From IMG/VR virus record IMGVR_UViG_3300015245_000002, positions 1 through 64,000 of that record: a stretch of DNA of 64,000 bases. One strand, written 5' to 3'. Below are positions 1-9,433 of the stretch, in pieces. Source of the DNA: a virus. The notes beneath the pieces are model-generated. The model ran no database searches and was not told where the DNA came from. It saw only the letters and a list, made by a program, of their open reading frames with translations. Position 1 is the first letter of the stretch, and the number at the start of each line of letters is the position of its first letter. The position numbers were made by a program, and so were the translations under genes.

Positions 1-43
1 CGATCTGCTCGATCGGGAAGTATCCGATGAGGAGCACGAGATC

Positions 44-445
44 GTGCGTCGCAGCAGACGCCCGAGCGATGCGCCGCTGACCGTCGAAGACTTCGCCAAG
101 CTGATGCGCTATGCCCGGCGACAGGCGGAGAAATCCGAGGAGTCAGGTCGGCGGCGCCAAATGGCTTCACTCCAGGAGCTCCTGCGCCGGCCTCCAAAGG
201 AGCATGCCGACGCGCTCCTCGAGGAGCTCAGGCGGCTGGACGCACGCGTCACGAGCATGGAGCCTGACGTCGGGACGGTTCGCGCGATCAAGACGAAGAT
301 TTGGGCCTGGCTCGGCGTCGGCTCGTTGGCCACGCTCACCGCGATCGGCCTCTGGCTCTATCGCCGTGGTGGTGACGAGACCGCGGTGCAATTCAGACTC
401 CAGGCGCTCGAAACCGCCTGCCATATCCATCAGGTGACTCCATGA
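44..445 (+). CDS. Coiled-coil protein with one C-terminal TM helix (lysis-cassette associated; true start uncertain)
   Basis: Hydrophobic WAWLGVGSLATLTAIGLWLY segment; ATGA-coupled to next ORF. Confidence 0.55.
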   Translation: MRRSRRPSDAPLTVEDFAKLMRYARRQAEKSEESGRRRQMASLQELLRRPPKEHADALLEELRRLDARVTSMEPDVGTVRAIKTKIWAWLGVGSLATLTAIGLWLYRRGGDETAVQFRLQALETACHIHQVTP

Positions 446-558
446 AGCGACTACTCAAGACTGCCCTGATCTTGGCTGCGGCAATTTACGGATTGCAGCT
501 GTTTTTCGATACGTGCCACTACCTCGGCACGCGTAGTGTGCATGCGATGAGTAACTAG
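442..558 (+). CDS. Small 38-aa membrane peptide MKRLLKTALILAAAIYGLQLFFDTCHYLGTRSVHAMSN (not in ORF track)
   Basis: Manual translation; ATGA overlap with upstream stop; fills the gap to the holin-like gene. Confidence 0.5.
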   Translation: MKRLLKTALILAAAIYGLQLFFDTCHYLGTRSVHAMSN

Positions 559-564
559 TGTGCT

Positions 565-810
565 ATGCCGGTTGAAAGGAACATCATGAAACAAGCCCTC
601 CTCGAGCTCCTCGAAAGCAAGAAATTCCTAGTCGCGGTCGGTTCGATCATCATCTATGGAGTCGGCAAGCTCGGGCTGCACCTCGATCCCGATCTCGTCG
701 ACAAGATCGTCACCGCGCTACTCGTCTACGTCGGCGCCCAGGGCGTCGCGGACATCGGCAAGCCGGCCGCGCTCGTCACGGCGAAGGCCACCACCGGAGA
801 GACCAAGTGA
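565..810 (+). CDS. Holin-like two-TM protein (likely start ATG 586)
   Basis: SKKFL motif then two hydrophobic helices and YVGAQGVAD; AAGGA RBS; near endolysin. Confidence 0.65.
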   Translation: MPVERNIMKQALLELLESKKFLVAVGSIIIYGVGKLGLHLDPDLVDKIVTALLVYVGAQGVADIGKPAALVTAKATTGETK

Positions 811-1208
811 AGAACATCATCCTGCTCGCAACTGCCATCGCCGCGCTCGGCGCCTGCGGCCCAAAAACTACCGCGATCATCGATGCCGCACTGGACTGCA
901 CAACGCAGTCGCGCGCCGATCTGGTGACCGCGCTCGTGCCAACCGCGGAGAGCGCGATCCAGAAGATCGCCGATCCGAGCGGCAAGGTGACCCTCGACGC
1001 TCTCGCATCGCTGTTCTCCGGTGCGAACCTCAAGAGCGAGGCTGGTGTCATCGTGGCCTGTGTGGAGGCGAAGGCGATCGCGCTGTTCGGCACCCTGCTT
1101 GCCTCGCCGCGCGTGGCCGGCGGACCCGCGCCGCTGGACGTCAACAGTTTGCGGCTTGCCCTGGCGATGCAATTCCCCGGCGTGAGCTTCAGGACCGAGG
1201 CGCGGTGA
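807..1208 (+). CDS. Lipoprotein (possible spanin-like lysis accessory)
   Basis: Signal peptide with lipobox LGAC; coupled to holin-like gene. Confidence 0.6.
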   Translation: MKNIILLATAIAALGACGPKTTAIIDAALDCTTQSRADLVTALVPTAESAIQKIADPSGKVTLDALASLFSGANLKSEAGVIVACVEAKAIALFGTLLASPRVAGGPAPLDVNSLRLALAMQFPGVSFRTEAR

Positions 1209-1649
1209 GCAATCCGATCTGGCTCACGCAGAACGGACTCGGTCTCCGCCTACCGGAGCCGAGCCCGACGTGTGTCCCCATGCCGTTCGTGGGATCTGCA
1301 GAAGTGGTCGAATGGCGCTGGCGTCCTGCGCCACAACTATCTGACGGCGATGTCGACCGCATCGCGCGACGCGTGGCCGAACTGCTGCGCGAGGACAAGC
1401 CGTGAGAACGACACGCTCGTTCGCGATGCTGCAGGTCTCGTCCTCGGCCTACGCCGAGATTTGCGGGCTACTTGAGGCAGCTGACTATGACCACGCGTTC
1501 GGGTCCGATGACGGACGCGAGACCATCGATCTGCACGGCATCGCGCTGATTGGGCCGGAAGCCGCCCCCGCCGCACCCCTGGCGGACGAGATGCGCCGCG
1601 GCACTGCCAAGTTCGTCAACGCCGATGGGTCGGTGACCGGGCGGTCGCT

Positions 1650-2423
1650 GTGACCGCCTCGCGCCGCACTGGACGCATCCCGTCGCGGCGCGACCCGCGC
1701 ACGCTGCGGATGGCCAGCTACCTCGGCGCGCGCACAGCGCTTCCGACGCCGCCGGATGCCCGCGACTGGACGCACCCCACACATGCTCCAACGTGGGGTA
1801 TGTGGTCGAATGACGTCGCCGGTGATTGTACGTGCGCCTCACGTGCACACATTCTGCAGGCCGAGGCGTCGAACGCTGGACATCCCGCGCCAGCGATCAC
1901 GGACGCCGAGGTCCTGGCGCTCTACACCGCGGTGACCGGCTACGACCCGGCGCGGCCAGAGACGGATCGCGGTGCGCAGATGATCGACGTGCTTCGCATG
2001 CTGAAGAAGCGTGGGATCGCCGGGCGGCAGATTGGCGCGTACGTCGCGGTCGATCCGGCGAATCGTCTCGAGGTCGAGCACGCCATCAACATCTGTGGCT
2101 CGCTGTACCTCGGGCTGTCGCTCCCCGAGGCATGGCAAGTGAACACGATGTGGGACATCGCGCCTCCAAACGCTGCGCTTGCGCCGTGGAAGGCTGGCAG
2201 TTGGGGCGGCCACGCCGTCGCTGTGCTTGCCTACGATTGGGCCGGATTGTGGCTGGTCACGTGGGGCGCGCTCAAGCGGATCACGTGGGAAGGCCTGTTT
2301 GCCTACGGCGACGAGGCGTGGACCACGATCGACTCGCTGTGGCTGCAGGACTGCGGCGAAACGCCGAGCGGGTTCAATGCGGTGCAGCTCGTGCAGGATC
2401 TGGCGAGGATCGGATCGGCATGA
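1650..2423 (+). CDS. Papain-like (C1-type) cysteine peptidase
   Basis: ND-x-x-GDCTCA catalytic Cys region, WGGHAV His motif, VTWG motif. Confidence 0.75.
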   Translation: MTASRRTGRIPSRRDPRTLRMASYLGARTALPTPPDARDWTHPTHAPTWGMWSNDVAGDCTCASRAHILQAEASNAGHPAPAITDAEVLALYTAVTGYDPARPETDRGAQMIDVLRMLKKRGIAGRQIGAYVAVDPANRLEVEHAINICGSLYLGLSLPEAWQVNTMWDIAPPNAALAPWKAGSWGGHAVAVLAYDWAGLWLVTWGALKRITWEGLFAYGDEAWTTIDSLWLQDCGETPSGFNAVQLVQDLARIGSA

Positions 2424-3104
2424 CCTCGCCTCCCTGGTCCGCTCTTGATACCGGCATCCGCGCGACCGTGCGCCTGCTCTGGGATGCCGGATTCGTCACG
2501 ACCGACAGCGGGGACGGCACCAAGGAGAACATGGCATGCGCGATCGCTGTGCCGCACGTCCTCATGCGGTGCGATCCAGCCGTGCTCGTAGTCGAGGCGC
2601 GACGGCTGGCGTACTTCGCTGCGTCGCACAGGCTCGTTGCTGCCGAGGGCTACGGCTCCGCGGTACAGGCAACGTACTCGCCGGCGGATGGGGTGGCCAT
2701 GCTGATGTTGTTCGGGACGCTGAGGGGTGAGCAGTGACGTCCGGCGACCGCTTCCGCATACTCTGCGACCAGTCGCGGCTCCCGCAGGCGGAGCGCGATC
2801 GATGGCCCGAGTCGCTGCCGTGGTCGATCGTCGAGCCGTGGCGAGCGCAGGCTGAGCGCAACCACGGCCAGACGCTCGAGCGTCTCAACGAGCGTGGCGG
2901 ACTATCACCGTTGGAACTGTGGCTCGCCGCACACCAGCAACGTCCGTTCGCCGATGCGCACCTACCGGAGTGGGAGTGCGCTGAGTGGCTGATCCGGATC
3001 GTCGCAGACCACGAAGAAGAATCAGCCGAACGTCAGCGCAAGGAACGGCTTGAGCGCGAGTTTGAGGATGAACGCGAAAATCGGCTCTACGTCAGGGGTG
3101 AGCC

Positions 3105-3596
3105 GTGACCGAGTCGCCGATCATGCCGGCGACCAACTCCCCAGTTGCCGAATTAACACCCATCGAACAGGCTGAGACGTTCGCGCTTCGATTCCGCGGC
3201 AATGCGAACCACCTGGCCATCGCCTACGGTGGGCCGCTGTACCTCGTGGGGTCGGCGCTGATCTCACTCACACCAGGCGATATAGACCTACGTCTATTGC
3301 TCGACCGCGCGGACTGCGAGGCGATGTGGGGCAGGCGTTTCGACCACAGCGACATCGAATGGTCGCACGGAAAGATTGCGCGCCATCGTGAAGAGCTGAA
3401 ACAGTCGCGTCGCCTGACACGGCGATGGCTAGGAGGTGCCGGGCTCGGGGGCGCGCGGCGTTTTGATTTTCAGTTCCAGACTGGACTATTCACTGACGAT
3501 GGCGATCGGCACCCGGTAATGCCCGAAAAGCCATTCCTGCGGCTCGACACGATTCCGTTAGCGATCTTGCTCGACGCTGGTCGAGGTGACCCATGA
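3105..3596 (+). CDS. Pol-beta-fold nucleotidyltransferase-like protein
   Basis: YLVGS...DIDL motif and later DFQFQ. Confidence 0.6.
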   Translation: MTESPIMPATNSPVAELTPIEQAETFALRFRGNANHLAIAYGGPLYLVGSALISLTPGDIDLRLLLDRADCEAMWGRRFDHSDIEWSHGKIARHREELKQSRRLTRRWLGGAGLGGARRFDFQFQTGLFTDDGDRHPVMPEKPFLRLDTIPLAILLDAGRGDP

Positions 3597-4450
3597 CCGC
3601 CGTGACCACAGGTAGCATCCTCATCTCCGGCCGGATCGTCCCTGTTCCGGGCCTCGCGATCACCCCACCGGCATCAGCCGGCGGACCCGCATGGGCACGA
3701 CTCGACCGCGGCGATTGTACCTCGCGGCACGGCTGGGTTCGTCAGGTCATCGTCCACACAACTGGCGGCGACTGGCCGATGCCGATCGGGGCCGGAGCCG
3801 GCGCAGGCGGCGAGTGCCCGCGCTACGCTGACATTTGGCAGACCGATCCGGCCCACAGCGCCGCCCATCTCGTCGTAGATAGCGCTGGCGCCGTGGCATG
3901 CCTCGCCGACTTGGCAACCACGACCGCGTACCATGCCGAGGGCTCGAACCCATGGAGCGTGGGGATCGAGATGGTCCAGGCTCACGACGGCACTGTGTTC
4001 CAGGCCACGATCGACGCATGCACACTGCTCGTGGCTGCGATCTGCGACGCCATCGGCATCCCGGAGCAAATGCCGCGCGGACCATACCGCGGGGGCCCGC
4101 TTCGACGCATGGAGGTCATCCAAGACGGACGGCGCATCAACACCGGCGGGCCTGACTGCATTGGCGTATTCGGTCACAGGGACAACACCAGTCAGCGAGG
4201 CCGAGGAGATCCGGGTGATGCGATCTGGACAGCACTGGCCGGGCTTGGATTCGAGGGGTGGGACTACGCCGCAGGCGAGGACATGGCAGTTGCCCGGGCC
4301 CGTCAGCGCACACTTGGCGTCGCGGATGACGGGTTGGTTGGCCCAGGCAGCCTCGCGGCGATGCGTGGCGCCGGGTACGCGCGCTGGCGCGACGTACCGC
4401 AGGCTAACGGACCGGCGGCGTCTGCTGTGGCGCGTTCTCCGCGCCCCTGA
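3593..4450 (+). CDS. Endolysin, N-acetylmuramoyl-L-alanine amidase (Amidase_2) with peptidoglycan-binding-like tail
   Basis: IVHTT, SAAH, AYHA, SVGIE, FGHRD, DPG motifs; DGLVGPGS at C-terminus. Confidence 0.9.
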   Translation: MTAVTTGSILISGRIVPVPGLAITPPASAGGPAWARLDRGDCTSRHGWVRQVIVHTTGGDWPMPIGAGAGAGGECPRYADIWQTDPAHSAAHLVVDSAGAVACLADLATTTAYHAEGSNPWSVGIEMVQAHDGTVFQATIDACTLLVAAICDAIGIPEQMPRGPYRGGPLRRMEVIQDGRRINTGGPDCIGVFGHRDNTSQRGRGDPGDAIWTALAGLGFEGWDYAAGEDMAVARARQRTLGVADDGLVGPGSLAAMRGAGYARWRDVPQANGPAASAVARSPRP

Positions 4451-4951
4451 TCTTGGCCGCGTGCGCCGCGGCGAGACGCGCGCGGTCCATATCCGATACG
4501 TGCGGCATAGCGCCGGGCTGAATCCCTCCACCGCCACCGACGACATAGACGAAGCCAGCGTACGAGACGTAGATCCGACCCATGCGGTCCCGGGCGAAGT
4601 ACGAACTCAAGCCGTCCATCGAGCGGACCGTGCCGTCTGCATTGGTTAGCGCGACCGTCTCTACGGGGTGCTTCTGCCCCGCGGCGAACTTGTATAGGTG
4701 GCCATCCGCATTCACTGCGTACCGCGTACCCGAGGCATCGAAGACGATGCTCGCGTCGAGGAAGTCGATCGCATTGGCGTCGGGATCGGCAGGCACCGTG
4801 TTCTGGAATTCGATGCGGTCCAGCGAATCGCGCTGATCGATTCCGAGCTCTGCGCCGGTCGAGGCAGCGAATCCGCCAATTCGATGGTCACATCGGACTC
4901 ATGCGCGCACGCGGAGAGAAGTACAGCCGTCCACATCCATTTCCCAAGCAT
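4404..4951 (-). pseudogene. Lipoprotein gene apparently split by a frameshift near 4850-4900
   Basis: AGGAG RBS and lipobox LSAC in ORF 4712..4951; the frame of 4404..4796 stays open upstream (AELGIDQRDSLDRIEFQN) and overlaps it. Confidence 0.5.
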
Positions 4952-5146
4952 TCGTATCTCCTATGATCGGTTTCTCGGTCGAACAGCACCATGCCGTCCA
5001 GCCGTTAGGCGCCACGACTTCGACGCCGGACTACAGATTTCTTTGTGGATCGGTCATCCGTGCGCGCAGACTCCGCTCGAACACTCGCAACCAACGTGGG
5101 CGGTGCGAGCCGCGGCGTCTGCGCATGGGCGGGAGCGGTCGGGCGC

Positions 5147-5761
5147 TCATCGCCAGTTATCTGACCTGCGAGTACCGGGAGCCAATTGAACTCCAGTGAC
5201 GTGCAGATCCACCCAGATCCAGCGTGGGTCGACGACGACCTCGTAGCCGAGCGCCCGAATATCGGCCGCCGCAGCGGCCAGGGCAGACTCGCTGCCCTCC
5301 CCCATGACCTGACGCAACCCCGGGCTCGGGACGCAGCCATGGCGAGTCAGCACCGCGATCACCGGGGCCGAGCCCTTGACCGTGGGTGCAGCGACCAGCG
5401 CCGCCCCCACAGCGGAGGGTCCGCGCGCCATCAACTCGCCGGAGGTCGGATCTGCTTGCTCGTCGCGCAGGCCGGCGATCTTGTCGAGCTCGACATCTGG
5501 GACCTCCTCGCGATGGTGCGCGAGGTAGTGGATCGCGAGGCTGTGGGTGTTGATTCCGCCGACCTGGTACGTGCAGTTGGTGCTCGTTGCCGTACACCCT
5601 GCCCCGGTGCACGCGTGCCAGCCTCGCGTCGCGTCATTGTTTTCGATGCGCTCCCGCCACGCCGCGGTCAGGCGGCGAGTGAGGTCGTCGATCACGGGCT
5701 CGGCGGACGGCGCGCCGGTCGGCTCGATGTACAGCAGAGAGGTGTTCTTGGTATCGATCAT
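5147..5761 (-). CDS. Hypothetical protein with Cys/His cluster
   Basis: RGWHACTGAGC...HSLAIHYLAHHR; AAGGA RBS. Confidence 0.6.
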   Translation of the reverse strand: MIDTKNTSLLYIEPTGAPSAEPVIDDLTRRLTAAWRERIENNDATRGWHACTGAGCTATSTNCTYQVGGINTHSLAIHYLAHHREEVPDVELDKIAGLRDEQADPTSGELMARGPSAVGAALVAAPTVKGSAPVIAVLTRHGCVPSPGLRQVMGEGSESALAAAAADIRALGYEVVVDPRWIWVDLHVTGVQLAPGTRRSDNWR

Positions 5762-5763
5762 GG

Positions 5764-5946
5764 CTATAATCCTTCCGATAAAGCGGTTACGAAGACACCG
5801 AGTCCCCAGTCCGACACGGTCATGCCAGCTGCATCGGCTGCAGCCTTGACGCGAGCGGCGAACTCAGCCGTGGCTCGGACCCGGATCGTCGCGCTGCGCT
5901 TGGATGCGCCGAGCGCTGGCCGTCCGCCTCGGTTCGTCTTCACCAT
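5764..5946 (-). CDS. Ribbon-helix-helix DNA-binding protein
   Basis: GGRP arm, TIRVR strand, AADAAGMTVSDW helix pattern. Confidence 0.7.
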   Translation of the reverse strand: MVKTNRGGRPALGASKRSATIRVRATAEFAARVKAAADAAGMTVSDWGLGVFVTALSEGL

Positions 5947-5952
5947 GAAGTA

Positions 5953-5981
5953 GTTGTAGCCACGAAACTATCCGGTGTCAA
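5953..5981 (-). promoter_or_regulatory. Sigma70-type promoter, leaderless
   Basis: TTGACA-17 nt-TACAAC-6 nt-ATG(5946). Confidence 0.75.
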
Positions 5982-5988
5982 GTACTCG

Positions 5989-6132
5989 CTACGCGGTCTC
6001 GACGGTGCAACCGTCGATGGACGAGATGCCTCCGCCTCCTCCGCCGCCGCCGTGCGCACGTCCGAGGTCCTGCGTTCCGAGACGACGGATGATGTCTCTC
6101 CTGACAGAGAGCCTGCTGACTGACTTGATCAT
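5989..6132 (-). CDS. RiPP-precursor-like peptide, 47 aa: MIKSVSRLSVRRDIIRRLGTQDLGRAHGGGGGGGGISSIDGCTVETA (not in ORF track)
   Basis: Manual translation; ATGA overlap and AGGAG RBS; leader aligns with peptides at 20721 and 21225. Confidence 0.75.
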   Translation of the reverse strand: MIKSVSRLSVRRDIIRRLGTQDLGRAHGGGGGGGGISSIDGCTVETA

Positions 6133-8426
6133 TTCATTTCTCCTGCTGTTGGTGCAACGACGCGAAGCGCATGGATCTCATAGCGATCCCAGTAGAATTC
6201 ACAGACCTTGGTGCGGGGTCTGCCGCGGCGATTGGTCCGAGTCGTGCGCACGAAGACTCGCCCCTCGGCGATGCGCGAGATCACGCCACGATCGATTGCT
6301 GGGGCCGAGCCGCCCAGCGTCAGTTCCCACTCGACCATGTCACCGATCTTCATCGGAACCGATACCAGACGGCTCGCAGCCCATTCTCGAGATCCGACAC
6401 CCTCGCGCCGTTGGCATCCCGCTCCTTGCATGCCGACATCCAGCTCTCGCACGCGGCGCGCGCAGATTCGGTGAGGCGAAGAACGCTGGTCTGCAAGCGA
6501 CGGACCTCAGCAAGGAGTTCGGGCACGTCGTCCACCAGTCGCTGCGCGCACAAGTTGCACAATGGGGTTGGCTCTAGTTCGCCCGGCGTGTGCACGCCCT
6601 CCCGACACGAAACGCACTGCTGTTCGAAATCCCCATCCCGCCAACGCCCCATCTCGGTGGTCAGTGCCTCGATCTCGGCCAGGCGATCAGCGGTGAATGG
6701 TGTCGTGGTCATAACTTGGCTCCATATCCGCGGTCGATGGCTCTGCGTCTCCATTCGTCGCGCTCTGCCTCAAGCGTCGCCAGACGATCCGAGCGCGGCG
6801 TCCGTGGCGGTTCGCGGTAGTCCAGCAGCGCGTCTGCCGCCGGCGACCGCGAGTCGATTACGCGTCGCTTGATGAGCACGTCGATCTCGTCGGCCATGCG
6901 GTTGGCGCCGAGCTGGTCGAATAAACGCACGCCGGCCGCCTCCAGTTCCGCCAGGCGAATGCCCCGACGCTCGGCAGCTCGCTGTGCGAGCTCCATCGCG
7001 GTGCGTAAGTCGCTGCTATCCTGGCGCAGTCGCTCAGCCTCATCCAACGCCGCCGCGTAGCCGGTGAGCAGCGCGTGAGCGTTGTTTCGGAGCCAGGCGA
7101 TGCCGGAGGCGTCTGACCGCTTGCCCATGCTCGATATCCCGGCGTCTTGGCCGTTGGCATGGATACTTCCGTAGTCGTTTGTCGACCACTCACCGACCGT
7201 CATCCGCTTCTCGTGCTCGAGTCCGTCGGCGATCAGCCTGCGCGGATCGGTCACGTCGTCTCCTTCGGCTTGGTCTCAAACCAATCGGCCAGAACTCGCA
7301 GCTCATCTGCGGCCCGGCGCATTACGTCAGGCGTGCCAGCTATCACGGTTACGCCGATCGCTTCGCTACCGCAGCCCCATCGACTCTCGTATTCAACATG
7401 CGCGATCTCGGTTTTGGGCTGCGCCTCGCGCCATGCACGCATCGCCGCGTCGCGCTCGCGCTGGCCAACGTCAGCTGGCGTCTCGAGGGTGAGCTTCTCG
7501 AGGTAACAGCGCTCGGGCCTCACGATGATTTGTCCATCCCACTGGACCATGGCGGTTTTCTTCGAAACAGACACGACCGCGCCGAACTGCCGGGACCTGT
7601 TCTTGCTGCGCACGCGGGTGCCGACGGCGATAGGTAAGATCAACATCCGAAGCAATCCTCGCAGTCGTCGACGCTGCAGTGATAGGCCGTCAGCACGGGC
7701 GCCGCGCCACGCAAACTGGGCCGACCTCCGGCTGCGCGCACTTTGGCATCCGCCGCCGCGCAGTCGTCGTGCAAGTTGCAACGGTTGCGATCTCGCTCAG
7801 ATGCGATGCGGTCTATCTCATCCTTCGATGGTTCGAACGGCCTCCAGTTGTTCGTCATGGTGTTCTCATGTCTGGCATCGCGAAGTACGTCCGCCGCTTC
7901 CCGGTGTATCCGCACTCGTGGCATCCAGCGCCTAGGCGACACCCGTCGTACGGGTAGTTGTGCTCGCTCCCGCCGTACTCGCCGGCTGAGTAGCAACCCG
8001 AGCATGGCAGGGTGACGTACCGGCTCACCTGTCGCCTCGCTTGGCGAGGCCGGTAGCCAGTCGTGCAATCACGGCGCACGCTCGGCGCACACGGTGCGCT
8101 GGAACGTGTTGGCGCGGCGCTGCATGGCGGCGATCTGCTCACCGTCTGACCACACGACACAGCCGAGCATAGTCACGCACGCGACCAGCAGAATGGTCGT
8201 GGCAATCAGCCAGCCAGACGTTCCGCGGCGTGCTACCTCTTCGAGGTAGCACAGACGTCTGGCCACTTGGCTGTTGAACGCATCAAGATCGTAGAGTGGT
8301 CCGTTGAATGTGCGATACGGGCTCATGAAGTCTCCTGGGTAGATGGTGCGCGGCAGATGATCACCACACTAGCCGGCCTGTCTTCGCGCCCCAGCCATTC
8401 GTCGGCGCCGGTAGGCAAAGTGATAC

Positions 8427-9299
8427 TCACGGCTGCGCTCCGTTGAGTTTTGACTGCAGCCATTGCTTGAGCAGCACCGACGTTCGTTTCCCGATCGCCG
8501 ATGTCGCCTCTTTGCTCTCTACGATCTCGCCGGCTGCTTCCCGATATACGTCAGCGACCATGGCGGAGATCGCCCGCGGCGTTGCGGTCATGTCGACCGG
8601 AGCTGTCAACTTGTCGATCACGTGTTTCAGCCGCATCGGAGTCACCCACTCCTGCGCGATCGCATCGGCAGCAGCCAGAATTTGAAACTTCGCCGGGTCA
8701 ACGATCCTCTGCGGCGTGGCTCGCTCCGAGAACGCTTCACCTTTGTGCTTGGCGATGACGCGTGATCCGTTATTGAGCGTGACCTCGATCGGCGGATGAA
8801 GGACGATGCCCTCGCGATGCTTGTCCTGTCCACAGCCGCGAAGATCGGCCACCACGCTCGGCTGATCGCGCAGCCGATCAAGCGTCTCCAGGTCGGTCGG
8901 CACCTCCGAGAGCGGCACGAACTCCAAGCCAAGTCCTACGGTGATATTGTTGGCGTCCGGCACCGACAACCAGTGCTCGCCGATCTTCACGTCAAACGCA
9001 ATGAACCTCAAATCGGTGCCGTAGGTCAGCCGCATGCCTTGCTGGCTACCGCCGTACGCCTCGCCGTAGACCGTTACGTCCTGGTGTCCAAGTGTAGCAA
9101 AACGAGACGTGAGTTCACTGTGATCGAACAGCGCAGAGAACCGCGCGTGACTCTCGCCACCAGAGAACAGGATCAACGGTTGACCCTCGCGACATGTTAC
9201 GTGTGCGCTGGTTCCGTGCACTTTCTCGAGCGCGAAGCACGTTTTGAACATCAGAATCGTCTGATTCTTGTACAAGTTGTCGATATGCATGTAACCCAT
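8427..9299 (-). CDS. RNA ligase (Rnl2-like nucleotidyltransferase)
   Basis: Motif I EKVHGTS, VYGEAYG, FIAFDV, EGIVL, IAKHK; start at MGYMHI by TAATG coupling. Confidence 0.85.
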   Translation of the reverse strand: MGYMHIDNLYKNQTILMFKTCFALEKVHGTSAHVTCREGQPLILFSGGESHARFSALFDHSELTSRFATLGHQDVTVYGEAYGGSQQGMRLTYGTDLRFIAFDVKIGEHWLSVPDANNITVGLGLEFVPLSEVPTDLETLDRLRDQPSVVADLRGCGQDKHREGIVLHPPIEVTLNNGSRVIAKHKGEAFSERATPQRIVDPAKFQILAAADAIAQEWVTPMRLKHVIDKLTAPVDMTATPRAISAMVADVYREAAGEIVESKEATSAIGKRTSVLLKQWLQSKLNGAQP

Positions 9300-9433
9300 T
9301 ACCAGTCTTCTCCCATGAAATGCGCCATCGAGAGATACACGATGCCATGGAAGCCGCACGCCTTCGGACACTCGCCGTTGAGCCGCGGGTACTCTTCGTA
9401 TGCAGATAAGAAGCTGCCTAGACGGTCGATCAT
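9299..9433 (-). CDS. 44-aa Cys/His protein paralogous to the C-terminus of ORF 10144..10533 (not in ORF track)
   Basis: YPRLNGECPKACGFHGIVYLSMAHFMGEDW versus YPRLDGECPKACGFNGITYVSVAHFLGGEW. Confidence 0.65.
   Translation of the reverse strand: MIDRLGSFLSAYEEYPRLNGECPKACGFHGIVYLSMAHFMGEDW

Noticed and set aside
1650-2423. Cysteine protease as the leader peptidase for the RiPP-like peptides
   Set aside because: Motifs are C1-like rather than C39, and the gene is on the opposite strand in the lysis cassette; nothing in the sequence links them
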